A stretch of 63,973 bases of DNA, the filler included, from Licmophora abbreviata (taxonomy: Eukaryota): NCBI GenBank assembly GCA_900291995.1. It is 10 parts of 10 records of this genome, joined end to end, with 100 filler letters (N's around TTAATTAATTAA, not from the genome) between each part and the next. Parts side by side here need not be neighbours in the genome. Positions count along the whole stretch, not along the records: positions 1 to 8,860 come from OLMU01004760.1; positions 8,961 to 29,708 come from OLMU01004763.1; 8 more parts are not named here. One strand, 5' to 3'. Below are positions 1-10,622 of this stretch, one piece after another. The notes beneath the pieces are model-generated. The model was not told where the DNA came from, did no database searches, and saw only the letters and a program-made list of their open reading frames with translations. The position numbers and the translations under genes were made by a program. Positions within the stretch are counted from its first letter, which is position 1; each line of letters starts with the position of its first letter.

Positions 1-64
1 TTCTCGCACGCTGATCGCTCTCTTCTAAAAAACGTGCGATGAGCTCACAAATTTCACCGATCAG

Positions 65-1278
65 CAATCTTGCCAAATTGCACCGTGCTAGCGCATGTCA
101 CCAACCAAGGAACGAATCGGTGTTATCCAACGGACGATTCGACGATCATACGCATTGACTTGAAGATGAGCCCTAAGGAACCTCACAACGATACCATTCG
201 ACAGGCCATCTGGCTCCAAGGTGCTGGAATGTGGCATCAGAAACGCAAAGAGTATGACCGGGCATTCGAACTCTACGAGCAAGCCCTAGATGCAGTGATA
301 TCGTCAGAGGGCCAGCTCCATCCCCAAGTAGCATCGATTCTGAACAAAGTAGGTACTATGTACCACGATATGGGTGACCTTGGTATGGCAGCACGCACCT
401 ACGAGGAAGGTCTTGCCATTGAGCGGAGCTTTCTCCTTGACGACGGCCACCCGAACATCGTCATTACGTTAACAAATCTGGGTCAAGTATACCGACTGAT
501 GGGACAATATAAGAAAGCTCTAAATCTGCTTGAGGAATCAATAGCCATTCACAAGAGGACCAACTGCCTACCGGCGGAGTACTTGTCTCAGGCATTGTCC
601 GGGATCGCATCGATCCACTTCCAGAGAGAGCTCTATGTTGAAGCCCTTGAGGCTTGCCAGAAGGCACTTCTTGTGCGAAAAAAAGCTTACGGCGACGATC
701 ATCTAGACGTAGCGACATCATTGAATCGTATGGGCCTCATACTGTTTCGAATGGACCACTATTGTCTCGCTCTCGAGAGTTTCTCTGAGAGCCTTCGCAT
801 TCGTCGTCACAAACTCAGGATGCGAAGCCACGAAGTCGCGATCATTTTGTACAACATTGCAGCTGTGTACCTCGAGATGGGTGACTTCGACAAGGCTATA
901 CAATACTACAACCAATCTCTTTGGGTCGACAGACTGGTGCTCGGGCCACATCATAACGATGTCGTTCTGACATTATTGCACTTGGGGGAGATCTATGCTC
1001 AATCCGGGGACCTATGTCAAGCGGAACAATGCTTGCTGGAGGTACTACAAGTCCAGAGGGAAACTCTCCTGCCAGACGATGTGGCTATGGCCTTCACGCT
1101 TAATCACATTGGTAACCTTAACTTACAGAGAGGCAACGCAGCACCTGCAGTGCAAGCATTCTCCACCGCCTGGAGAATCTTTCGAAGAGCAGGATTCCGA
1201 GACGAAAATCTCAGCATTGTTGGTCTTGCTTATTACAGCCTATCAAAGATGCACCCCGAATGCGCGGCCGCTGCGTGA
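65..1278 (+). CDS. TPR-repeat protein (kinesin light chain/nephrocystin-3-like TPRs), last exon of a 5'-truncated gene
   Basis: Repeated ~42-aa units such as HPQVASILNKVGTMY and HLDVATSLNRMGLIL. Bases 1-64 have stops in all + frames and end in CTCAC...TCAG (branch point and acceptor), in frame with the ORF. Confidence 0.85.
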
Positions 1279-1315
1279 CAATACAAACAAGATAAATTAT
1301 AGAACATGAAGCGCC

Positions 1316-2815
1316 TTAGTCGTCTATACCTCCCCGCACACTCTCCGTTGGCCTCCACTCAAGTAGATTGTAGATAGTGTTAATATCTCCTACGCTTTTC
1401 GACTCGGCAGCCAGTTGAAATGGTAGTAGATGTGTCAATGGGTCAGGTATCAAGATACTTATTGGGAACGCTTGAATCAGGGACATCATTCCCCCTTCCC
1501 AGGTAAGACCAGAAACAATTGCAGAATGAATCGGCAAGCGTCCGGTTGCATCGGATACGGAAGCCGCGCGAGGGTCGATCGCCAGAAGGGTATTGAGGAG
1601 CTTCTCCGAGCTTGGTCCATCTGATGCAGCTATATGGAGTGGTAAGCGTTGAAGGGAATTATCTCGTCTACTGCCTTCTTCTGGATATCGCGCGAGAGCG
1701 AAGCGAACAAGAAGAGGGTCGCATCGCTGCATGACAGCATCATGCACAATTAGAGTACCCCGGCCGCTTTGTTTGTGCATAGACCGAGCCCTCCCGTGGC
1801 AAGCAGCATGGATAAAAACGGTGACAAGTTGCCAAAATTGACGAAGCGAAGGGTTGTCACGCAGCATTTTTTTAATCTGCCTTCGACGCAAAACTTCGGA
1901 GACGGGCGGTTTGGTGGCATCGCTTCGGATAGTCAAACGTTGACTTTCAATGGACCCCACAGCGTCTTGCAGAAGCCGACGCAGCCCTGCGGCTCGCTCA
2001 AGCGTTTCTTCGCTACGGTAAGAATCAGGGTCTACGAAGCGTTTCCAAATAAGGTCAATCGGTGTTTGACCTCGCTGGCATCGAATTCCTGCAGCTTTCG
2101 GGTCCGATTCCAAAAGTAGCATGATCGTATCGATGGAAGTATCGTAGCGTTCAATGGCACAGTGGAGAGGTGTGAGGCCTCCTGCATTCTGCTGAGATAT
2201 CTGCGAGTGATCCGATTTGACTAGCATTTCAATAGCACTTCGAGACGCTCCGGAAGAAACGGCTTCATAGAGCCGCGTGGGCAATGCCGGTTGTCCGCAT
2301 CTGGTGGTGACACTCACACGTTTGCACGTCTCTCCTTTTGGCTTCGTCCGTCTGTAGGTACCAAGACTAAGAGCCGGAAGTGCATGCTCCTGGAGCTGTG
2401 TGACTTGAGATTTTGAGTTGAGGCGTTTCAAAGCTGGCCTGGGACTCCGCTGGACCAATGGAGATGAAGGATATGGTGTCGCATCATCGGAGCTTGTATC
2501 ATTGCGGCGGACTCTAATATTCTGGAGGAAGTCGAGTGTCGATGTTCCTTGCGAAGCGTCAGGAGATCGTAATAGGCTACTAGAAGCCGGAACATCCAAA
2601 ACTCTGAACGAACCTCCCCTTCTTTGCCCTCGAAACGAATGCCAGCCGCGATCCTCGTCCTCGCCACGACCCGGCGATGGACCCGACTCCTCCCCTCGCG
2701 CCGCGAAGGATTGGGCTCTTTGCATCCTGCTGTCGTTATTGCGGCCTAGACGATTCAATTCTTGATCCCGAGGAGGCCTCTGAGGGCTAAAGCTGCCACC
2801 CGGCGAGGACGACAT
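1316..2815 (-). CDS. Ankyrin-like repeat protein with disordered N-terminus
   Basis: GLTPLHCAIE, GQTPIDL, RLPLHIAA, GRLPIHSA, LLPFQLAA motifs; first ATG at 2815. Confidence 0.75.
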   Translation of the reverse strand: MSSSPGGSFSPQRPPRDQELNRLGRNNDSRMQRAQSFAARGEESGPSPGRGEDEDRGWHSFRGQRRGGSFRVLDVPASSSLLRSPDASQGTSTLDFLQNIRVRRNDTSSDDATPYPSSPLVQRSPRPALKRLNSKSQVTQLQEHALPALSLGTYRRTKPKGETCKRVSVTTRCGQPALPTRLYEAVSSGASRSAIEMLVKSDHSQISQQNAGGLTPLHCAIERYDTSIDTIMLLLESDPKAAGIRCQRGQTPIDLIWKRFVDPDSYRSEETLERAAGLRRLLQDAVGSIESQRLTIRSDATKPPVSEVLRRRQIKKMLRDNPSLRQFWQLVTVFIHAACHGRARSMHKQSGRGTLIVHDAVMQRCDPLLVRFALARYPEEGSRRDNSLQRLPLHIAASDGPSSEKLLNTLLAIDPRAASVSDATGRLPIHSAIVSGLTWEGGMMSLIQAFPISILIPDPLTHLLPFQLAAESKSVGDINTIYNLLEWRPTESVRGGIDD

Positions 2816-3244
2816 GTTCTTCTTTGGGCGATCTTGAGATGTCAGTCTCCACAAACCACTATCAGTGTGCTATCACCTATCACAGAAGTTAGCAGTTTCG
2901 ATGATCAGACATTCTGAAGGGAGCGTCATGATATTGAAAAATGACCCCCACCATAAATCTATACACCATAACATTATAAGAACACCCATATGGATATAAA
3001 ATCTGAAATGTCATCTTCCCTTTTTGTTCAAACTGTGTGGCTGGCCCCACCGGCCTTCATGACAGTGCGAGGTACCGGTAGGGGTAAAGTCTAGAATGCC
3101 GTGCTGTACCTGAAGTGGTTCTAATGAAGGATTCGAGCGAACTCTTACTTGCTCCGGGTAAAGACAAACAACTGGGTCGTTCAACATGCCCAATTGCTTC
3201 GAGATAGACCAATTTCCACATTCATAGCTAGCACCACAAACACG

Positions 3245-4480
3245 TTACAGTCCCTTGTTGTAGTGAAACACTTCGTACGGTTTGCCCTGGGCATCCCGCA
3301 AGTGCTGAAACTTTGGCTCTACATCCTTGGCATCAACCTCGCTGATCTGGGGAAAGATGGCTACTGTTGCCGGCAGACCGATACCGAAACTGCACAGCAG
3401 TAGATAGGTCGTCAGTGGGACGGCGGCAGACGGATTCTTGGCCACATACCGTTTGAAGGCGCCACCAGAAATGAGCAAGGGCGGTAAAAAGTAGACGGGA
3501 GCCTGCAACAACGCCCGAGATGCTGTTGTACTATTGACGCCACGTTGTGCCGCAACCTGACTCGTTTCACCTGGGAGCACGTCTCTTCCACTGTCATCCA
3601 ACAGCGGAATTCCAGTCACAATCTCTGGACTGCGCACGATATAGCAATTGAGGCTGCTGGCCACGATGGCGCTAGGAAAAGCCACCCAACGAAGCAACGC
3701 CTTGGCTTTGGTGGGTTCAAACCGTCTTTGAATGGCTGTCGCTAGTCCGAAGGCAACAAACAGAGCCGACCCAACAGCCGCGGCATAGGATTTTGCAAGC
3801 GTTTCGTTCGTCATGGGGGACGATGCGTTGCGATTGAAATAGTTCACCAAAGCATTTTGACTCTGATTAACCCAAGACCAGAACAAGAGTGGCAGAGTCG
3901 ACTGAGAGGCCACCATGGCCACCGCGACAGGCCCATTATAAAAGACGTACCCTCGCATGGAGAAGGGCCGGGGAATCGCTTCGCCAGTGTCCGGATGAAG
4001 AGCCGCTTCTTTGATGCGTTTGGCTTCCCACAATGCTCGTTCCATTTCTGGTGAGCCAGAAAGGCTCTCGTAGTTTTTGAGCATGGTCTGGCATCCCTGA
4101 ACTTGTTCTTCTCGGTAGATGAGTAACCGAGGATCACACGCCAAGAGCATACGACAAAAGCGACCGACAAAGGTGGATTGATCGAAGCGCTCCCCCCTGG
4201 GATCAAAAGTAGGAACGGACCGCGCCGTGCCATACTCGACGGCGGCTGCCACTCCCGACACAGTCACTACTCCAGCGGCTGCCGCCAAGAGCGCCTTGAC
4301 GACGGGCAACGATGGCATGTCTCCGGATGCGGTAGCCGGTACCGCTTCGGCTGCAGCAGTGGACATTCTGAGTTTGCACTCGGCAGAGGCCCCGACCGAT
4401 TTTACTGTCCGAGACAAATTCCATGCCCTCTGAGCGGTAGACGAAGTGAATTTATGCGCAATAGAGGTCTGGAACGACAT
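3245..4480 (-). CDS. SFXN: Sideroflexin / mitochondrial tricarboxylate-serine carrier
   Basis: RFDQSTFVGRF, HPDTGEAIP, W.NQSQNALVNYFNRNAS, YNKGL C-terminus; first ATG at 4480 followed by a presequence-like leader. Confidence 0.9.
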   Translation of the reverse strand: MSFQTSIAHKFTSSTAQRAWNLSRTVKSVGASAECKLRMSTAAAEAVPATASGDMPSLPVVKALLAAAAGVVTVSGVAAAVEYGTARSVPTFDPRGERFDQSTFVGRFCRMLLACDPRLLIYREEQVQGCQTMLKNYESLSGSPEMERALWEAKRIKEAALHPDTGEAIPRPFSMRGYVFYNGPVAVAMVASQSTLPLLFWSWVNQSQNALVNYFNRNASSPMTNETLAKSYAAAVGSALFVAFGLATAIQRRFEPTKAKALLRWVAFPSAIVASSLNCYIVRSPEIVTGIPLLDDSGRDVLPGETSQVAAQRGVNSTTASRALLQAPVYFLPPLLISGGAFKRYVAKNPSAAVPLTTYLLLCSFGIGLPATVAIFPQISEVDAKDVEPKFQHLRDAQGKPYEVFHYNKGL

Positions 4481-4765
4481 GGTGACTGTCAATCGATTTG
4501 ATTGGGTTGACGTGATGTTTTTTTTGAAGTCAGGCAATTTTGTGGCCCCAAAAATCCAAAATCCGAATCAATCCGCTCCACAACGCAAACACACGCGCGG
4601 GCGATAAACGGGTGCTGAAGGAATCCGGAACCGAGACTCCATCATCGTTTCAGAAAAGGCACACATGACGATAAAAAGCGTTTAGGTCGTAGCCAGAGCA
4701 TATGAACATGTAACTCTGAGCTAACGGCGTCTCTCTCCAGTCTCTGTGGCCCCTTTTGTATCTGT

Positions 4766-5569
4766 ATGGTCATGGTGGGCATGAATGTGGTCTCGCTAGC
4801 AGCCGCTTCGTTGGTCTTGAGCTCTCAGAGAAGCTCTCTCTCCAGCCGAGCCGTTTCTAGCGTTGCGACACTGAAGATGTCCACCTCTGCCGAACTTGCT
4901 CCGATGGCTGTGAATTTTTTCACATCTGTCAGAATTCCAGCAGCTTTCATTACAGGATCGAGTCTGGCAGCTTGTTTTTCACTCAGGAGCAAACTGGATG
5001 AAACAAGAGCCGGTAGCTCGAAACTCGAACAAACTGTCTTGTTCGCTTACCACGGTCTTGCTCTGCTCTCGTTTTTGTTGAGCTTGAATGTCGTCATCAC
5101 CTCCACAGCAACAGCTAACATGTTGCTCCTGACCAAGGGGACGCTGGATGGGCCAGTGAAACACTTTGCAACAGTCTATGAATACCTGAAGGAAAACTAC
5201 GGATACGAGTTTACGCTGGTACGGTGGAGTTTCTTCAGCGGCTTGTTTTCGTTTCTGGGATGCTTCGGCATGCGTGTCTTGTTGGAGTTTGGGTTGCTCC
5301 ACAAAGAGCGTCGCCGTGCTGCTTTGGCGGTGGGACTCGCCGTCGGTGCTCTCTTCTTTGATTTGATATCCTTCGTGAACCAGCGAATCTACAGTTGGCC
5401 GAATCTGGGTGTGATGACGGTCGACTTGGCGAAAATGTACTTTCTTCGGTGGAAGTCTCTCCAACCAGCGGAGCTGCTGTCCATCTCATGTCTTGTTGGG
5501 AGTGTCGGCATGGTTTTGTCAATAATAGTTACGAAGCTACTTTCGAAAGATGACGATCTAGCAAGGTAG
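4766..5569 (+). CDS. Hypothetical multi-pass membrane protein
   Basis: 267-aa ATG ORF with about five hydrophobic segments and a Ser-rich leader; no family recognised. Confidence 0.65.
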   Translation: MVMVGMNVVSLAAASLVLSSQRSSLSSRAVSSVATLKMSTSAELAPMAVNFFTSVRIPAAFITGSSLAACFSLRSKLDETRAGSSKLEQTVLFAYHGLALLSFLLSLNVVITSTATANMLLLTKGTLDGPVKHFATVYEYLKENYGYEFTLVRWSFFSGLFSFLGCFGMRVLLEFGLLHKERRRAALAVGLAVGALFFDLISFVNQRIYSWPNLGVMTVDLAKMYFLRWKSLQPAELLSISCLVGSVGMVLSIIVTKLLSKDDDLAR

Positions 5570-5781
5570 CTAGCAAGCAGCCCATATGGTACAAAAATCC
5601 CAGTCTTCTTTTGCTAACGAACTTATTTATGCAGCTACTCTCTCATTTATTTCATTATCTTTTTCTGGTTTTGATTGGATTGGGTTAATACTGAGCACTC
5701 GCTCAACGCTACTGCTACTTATACATTCACTTCGTGCGATATTCGGTCATATATGCGCTTCTTGTTCGACGGCGATGCTCT

Positions 5782-6366
5782 CTAATCGTCCATGAACGGC
5801 ATCTCGCGAATCGAGTCGACATAGTCCAAGAAGGCATGCGACTCACGAATGTTCATCGGCTCATCGTGTGGGTGTTCCGCCGTAGCCCTGGGAGACTGGG
5901 GCTGCTGCTTGGTATCGGTTGGAGTGTGAAACTTGCCGTCTTCATTTCGAATCCATGGCCAGGCACGGTCATCGCGGACACACTCCGCGACAATGTCCCA
6001 AGCACTAATGATGCCCTTGAAAACTCCGTCTTCGCCCACGACGACACAGTGGTGGCTCTTATTCCTTTCAAAGACACGAGCCGCCTGATCCCGTGGGACA
6101 TTCTCGCGAATCGTCACGAGATCCTTGCTCATAATGTCACGAACTGGTGTCGTGAGCGGCATTTCCTTCATGTAGGCCTTCATGAAGTCAGTCTTGGTGA
6201 CAATACCGATGGGTATGTGCTCTTGGGCCGTTTCATTTTCCTTCATGAGAACCACGAGTGAGCCAATGCCCTTGTTGAGCATCTCGTCGAGTCCTAGTTT
6301 CAATGTGTCCGTAGGCCAGCATGTTGCGACCTTCGCTTGGGGAGTCATGAATCCAGAGACGTGCAT
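5782..6366 (-). CDS. CBS-pair domain protein
   Basis: VSGFMTP, PIGIVTKTDFM, PVRDIMSK, FKGIISAWDIV; first ATG at 6366. Confidence 0.85.
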   Translation of the reverse strand: MHVSGFMTPQAKVATCWPTDTLKLGLDEMLNKGIGSLVVLMKENETAQEHIPIGIVTKTDFMKAYMKEMPLTTPVRDIMSKDLVTIRENVPRDQAARVFERNKSHHCVVVGEDGVFKGIISAWDIVAECVRDDRAWPWIRNEDGKFHTPTDTKQQPQSPRATAEHPHDEPMNIRESHAFLDYVDSIREMPFMDD

Positions 6367-6681
6367 GCTTGGAAATGTATGTCTTTTAAAACAGTTGTGG
6401 GGTACTACAGTTGTTGTTTTGTTTGATGGATTGCTTTTGGCAGAGAGTGTACTGTCGTGTTCTCTTTTGAATCTCTGACACACGGGTTCTCATTCGAAAT
6501 CGAAAATTATGTTTGCCCGCCAAAACCAGTTCGAAATTGAAATGGAATCGGGAATTCACCACGCACGCTGGAATCAAAACCAACCACACGATGTTCCCGG
6601 CTTCCGATTTCCGATTCGATCACAATGTGTTCATTCATCATCACTACCAGGTAGGAAGTTTGCCTTGCCCCAGTCGCCACT

Positions 6682-7701
6682 ATGCCTTCCTCTACGTCTC
6701 TTCCCGACATCACGTCCATTCCTCCTCCAGGAAAGTGCCACGTGCTGTTATTCTGGGCTCCGTGGCACGAAGCATCGACCGAGGGCGGTCGCATGCACGC
6801 CGTCCTGGTGGCGCTCTCCTCTCAGTTCCAGGATGCGCTTGTCTTTGGCCGTGCTGCCGCCGAGGACTGCCCAGAAGTGTCGTCGCACTACCAAGTGACA
6901 GTCGTTCCCACGGTAGTCTTGGTGAACGCCCAAGGGACTGTTACAGACCGTGTGGAAGGAGAAGATCGTGTGGCAGAGCTTACCCAGGCTGTGCAGCGTC
7001 TCGCGACGAACCCAGAAACGAGCGCGGCTCCAGTGCCGCTGCCCGCAAAGGAAGAACAGGAGAGCCTCTCGACTAAGCTGGTTCGCTTGATCTCATCGTC
7101 CGATGTCATGCTGTTTATGAAGGGCGTGCCAACGGCTCCCCGCTGCGGATTCTCTAGGCAAGCGGTGGAGATGCTGCAGTCGGAGGACATTGCCTTCGGA
7201 AGTTTCGATATCCTGCAGAACGACGAGGTTCGACAGGGTCTCAAGAAACACTCCGACTGGCCGACCTATCCACAGCTCTATGTCAAGGGTGATCTCATTG
7301 GAGGTATCGACATCATGAAGGAGCTCCACGCCGAAGAAGGAGGTCTCACAGAGCAGCTCGGTCTCGCGACCAACACCACTGCCCCACCAGCAGCACAGTC
7401 TATGGACGATCGACTCAAAGAACTTGTGAATCGTCATCAAGTCATGCTTTTCATGAAGGGTCTACCGTCGGCTCCGCGATGCGGCTTTTCGCGGCAAATA
7501 TGCGAGCTGTTGGAAGATCAGCAGGTTGCCTACGATGCCTTTGATATTCTACAAGATGAAGAAGTTCGACAAGCGCTGAAGAAGTATTCCGACTGGCCCA
7601 CGTATCCCCAGGTCTATGTTGACGGCGAGCTGGTCGGCGGACTTGATATTTGCAAACAGCTCGTCGAGAGCGGCGATTTACAAGCCATGCTACAAAAGTA
7701 G
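6682..7701 (+). CDS. GLRX3: Multidomain monothiol glutaredoxin (Trx + 2 Grx; Grx3/PICOT type)
   Basis: N-terminal Trx-like FWAPW and two PRCGFS...WPTYPQ...GG domains. Confidence 0.95.
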   Translation: MPSSTSLPDITSIPPPGKCHVLLFWAPWHEASTEGGRMHAVLVALSSQFQDALVFGRAAAEDCPEVSSHYQVTVVPTVVLVNAQGTVTDRVEGEDRVAELTQAVQRLATNPETSAAPVPLPAKEEQESLSTKLVRLISSSDVMLFMKGVPTAPRCGFSRQAVEMLQSEDIAFGSFDILQNDEVRQGLKKHSDWPTYPQLYVKGDLIGGIDIMKELHAEEGGLTEQLGLATNTTAPPAAQSMDDRLKELVNRHQVMLFMKGLPSAPRCGFSRQICELLEDQQVAYDAFDILQDEEVRQALKKYSDWPTYPQVYVDGELVGGLDICKQLVESGDLQAMLQK

Positions 7702-8245
7702 ATGTTGGTAAAGGTGCTGTCACTATCATACTGAGTCTTCCTTTGTCCTAGCGCGAGAGTGTGCGGAAAATTTGAGCCTTGGTTGCAGATCCAATTAGGG
7801 GTTTTCAGTTTTGTTGTGAGTCGGTTGTTTCTTTTGTTCGAACCACTATGATTCAATCACGCGGCGTTTCTTAATTCTCATGGTCGTTCCACTGTCTTGC
7901 AATGTCGAACGTTCGGGCCTCGGTGACCCCAATCATGAAGCTTAATTCGATTTCTTGGCTCTTGCCTCTACTCGGATAATTGCTGGTGCCAAAACTGCTG
8001 TAGTTATAATGCCAGAAGGATCCATAAACTGCCCTTGCATGGTCTTCTCGTGGTACAGACGATCCAACAGCTTTTTGCGTGCACGCCGCGATTGAGCAGA
8101 CGAAACGAGAAGGATACGCCGAGTCGGCAAAACATAATGTTGAAGTGATACATGGTTTTAACCACAGGCACTAAACTAAAACTCGGAACTCATGTTTGGA
8201 ATCCCTTATCGATCGTTCACCATGAAATCTCTACAACGACCCGCG

Positions 8246-8860
8246 TTACTTGGAAATGCTGGACCAGTTCTTTTTCATACCACAGGCCTCCATACATCGG
8301 TGATCATTTGATGTGCGGAAATAGTCACCATACAACGTGCAAAGGCCCTTGCGCGCGATTGCTTGACACCAAGCCGAAGTTGCCTCACGCGGCTTGGTGA
8401 TCGTCACATCGTAATAGCTCGACTTGACGGTCTGTGGTCCAATCACGCTCTTGCTGGAACTCTTCGTTAACATGTCGTCGCGCGCTCTGGCTGCCTTAAC
8501 CGTCGCATCCTTGTGGAAGAGCGCCGAAGGGTACAGTGTGTAGTCGAACAGGGCCTTTTCGATATCCTCCTGTCCTTTGAGCTGTTTGCGTTCGCGGACC
8601 TTCTCGCGATCGAGTTCGCGCTCCTTTTGACGAGAGTAGCCAGGACGACGACCGGCCACGTGCTTCTTTCCGAGCGCTGTATTCGGCGTGAAATTGATGA
8701 GGAAGCTCTCCAAGTCGCCCAAGGGCATGACAGATTGCGGTGCTTCTCCACACTTCGCGTCCTTCTTCTCGTGTTGACAAACTTTCTGTTTGACCACCTC
8801 ACGGCGCTGCCTCTCCGTCAACATCCAGATGAAATTCGATCCACCCTGAACAATCGGAGC
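8246..8860 (-). CDS. Hypothetical protein, 5' part cut off by a spacer
   Basis: Open frame runs from the contig edge with coding-like codon use; Cys cluster near the end; a possible GT donor near 8249 could add a further exon. Confidence 0.45.
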   Translation of the reverse strand, partial: APIVQGGSNFIWMLTERQRREVVKQKVCQHEKKDAKCGEAPQSVMPLGDLESFLINFTPNTALGKKHVAGRRPGYSRQKERELDREKVRERKQLKGQEDIEKALFDYTLYPSALFHKDATVKAARARDDMLTKSSSKSVIGPQTVKSSYYDVTITKPREATSAWCQAIARKGLCTLYGDYFRTSNDHRCMEACGMKKNWSSISK

Positions 8861-8960
8861 NNNNNNNNNNNNNNNNNNNNNNNNNNNNNNNNNNNNNNNN
8901 NNNNTTAATTAATTAANNNNNNNNNNNNNNNNNNNNNNNNNNNNNNNNNNNNNNNNNNNN
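8861..8960. other. Artificial contig spacer N44-TTAATTAATTAA-N44; also at 29709-29808, 32344-32443, 38915-39014, 40867-40966, 49512-49611, 56035-56134, 57305-57404, 61545-61644
   Basis: Identical 100-nt unit with stops in all six frames, repeated nine times. Confidence 0.98.
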
Positions 8961-9546
8961 GAATCTGTTTGAAGAATTAATGCAGACTTTCATGGAAAGG
9001 GAGAAACCCGGTCATTCGTTACTGTTGCAAGACGGGCATATCCCTGTTGCAGTATCTGCGTTTGATATCAAAACGATGCGGGAGCACTTGCTGTGTACGG
9101 GTAGCATGGCCAAGGCAGCTCGCTCTTCGGCGACATTTCCATTGCTGTTTCAGCCCTGCCAGTGGCAGAAGGACCAAGCGTCGTCGGCCTGGTTTATTGA
9201 CGGAGGCGTTACGGACACGTGTGGCCTAAACGGTCTTGCTGTGTCGCACCCCCAAGAGACGAAGCGCATCGTTAACCTAGTTGTCGGAAACTTCCCTCCA
9301 GGCGGCGCCCCTTCACCTTCCTCTATGCCCAAGGGAATCAAAGCCTCGGAAGTTCTGTCAATCAGTATTCGCAACACACCCCGATGTGGACCCTGGGCCA
9401 TGGCGAATGGACCAAAGGCGCACGAGGCAGCCCGCTTAGCTATGATTGCCGCCCTGGATCTACCGCTGTACAAAGGGAAGGAAGCTGGGCATTATGAGCT
9501 GCACTTGGACGCAGGCTCCTTTGTTCCACCCATGGATGAGCCATGA
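8961..9546 (+). CDS. Patatin-like phospholipase, C-terminal part
   Basis: AARSSATFPLLFQP and catalytic FIDGGV motif; 5' end lost at the spacer. Confidence 0.8.
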
Positions 9547-10622
9547 ATTCTAATACAAAGTTCCGACGGCTAACATGAGAGCAAGCTTCCCATAGAGACG
9601 ATAGAAATGGAAGAATGACATCCATAGAACAGTGCCGCAATACAATATATTTCCAACAAGATTTTCAATTTGATCGTCGCCCCGTGAAAAAATTATGGCG
9701 CGCCCCGGAGTTCGAATCTTGAATTCCCTACCAATATTCCACGTAGAACCTACATTAAATAACCCGGATATCCTCCATTTTGTGCTTTTTCCATCCGGTC
9801 TCACAAATACACCCAAGGACACGGAGAGACTTTCCGTTCGCTTGAATTAGCAGAAGGCATCCTTCGCAACTTCCTCTTTTTGTCGACAGTGGCGACAGCG
9901 ATCGGTAAGTTTCTTAGGCGCCCTGCGTCTTGCTTGAAACGTGAGACTGCAGCGAATTTCAGCCTCCAAAACCCCGACTCGACTCGTCGGGGTCGTTCGC
10001 CATCATCGCTTCGAAGAAAAAGCACGCAAGACTCGCTTTCAAGTCGGAGGAGTCAAATATTTGCTTGTTTTTCAAATTTCTGTCGTGTTTTCTGTTTTCT
10101 GTCATTCGTCCTTGTTGTCCTTTTGGTACAGAAGGAAGTGTCTCGCGAAGTCAAAAGACTAATACTACCTAGCGTATGTGGTCGGAATTGTATTTGTTAA
10201 GAACGACATATTATCATTGCGGACGATGAGTAGTCCCGGATGGACCGGTTGCAGTTGATTTTGGAAAGATACAATGACACAAATATACTGATGTGTCCAC
10301 CCTTATTTCGTGGCACTGCAAGTCATTTTCCGCTGACATCTGATTTTGGGGTGTCCTTCTATTTCACTTTCTCACTTTCATGCGTGAACCTCTCCAGGAC
10401 TTTCGACAGAAAGCTTGACAGCGCAGTGTCAAAATTCTTCGAACCAAAGCATCACAGTTCTTTTCTCACAGAACTTTTGTTGTACCGGTACATTCACCAC
10501 ACCACGTCCATCACGTCTCCTCTCTACTTGGGTTCTGTTGATAATCTGCCTTTCCCTTTCGGCCCTACTCCATACATGATATAACCTTCTCTTTCTATAG
10601 ACTCTCCTGCACACAGCACACC

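Noticed and set aside
6490..6620. GAA/TTC-rich tract between the CBS and GLRX3 genes as a heat-shock element
   Set aside because: Spacing does not fit three contiguous inverted nGAAn units.
7105..7660. Internal duplication in the glutaredoxin gene
   Set aside because: Normal two-Grx-domain architecture of GLRX3/PICOT.
8905..8916. Recurrent palindrome TTAATTAATTAA
   Set aside because: Always centred in N-runs of fixed length; an artificial six-frame stop spacer.
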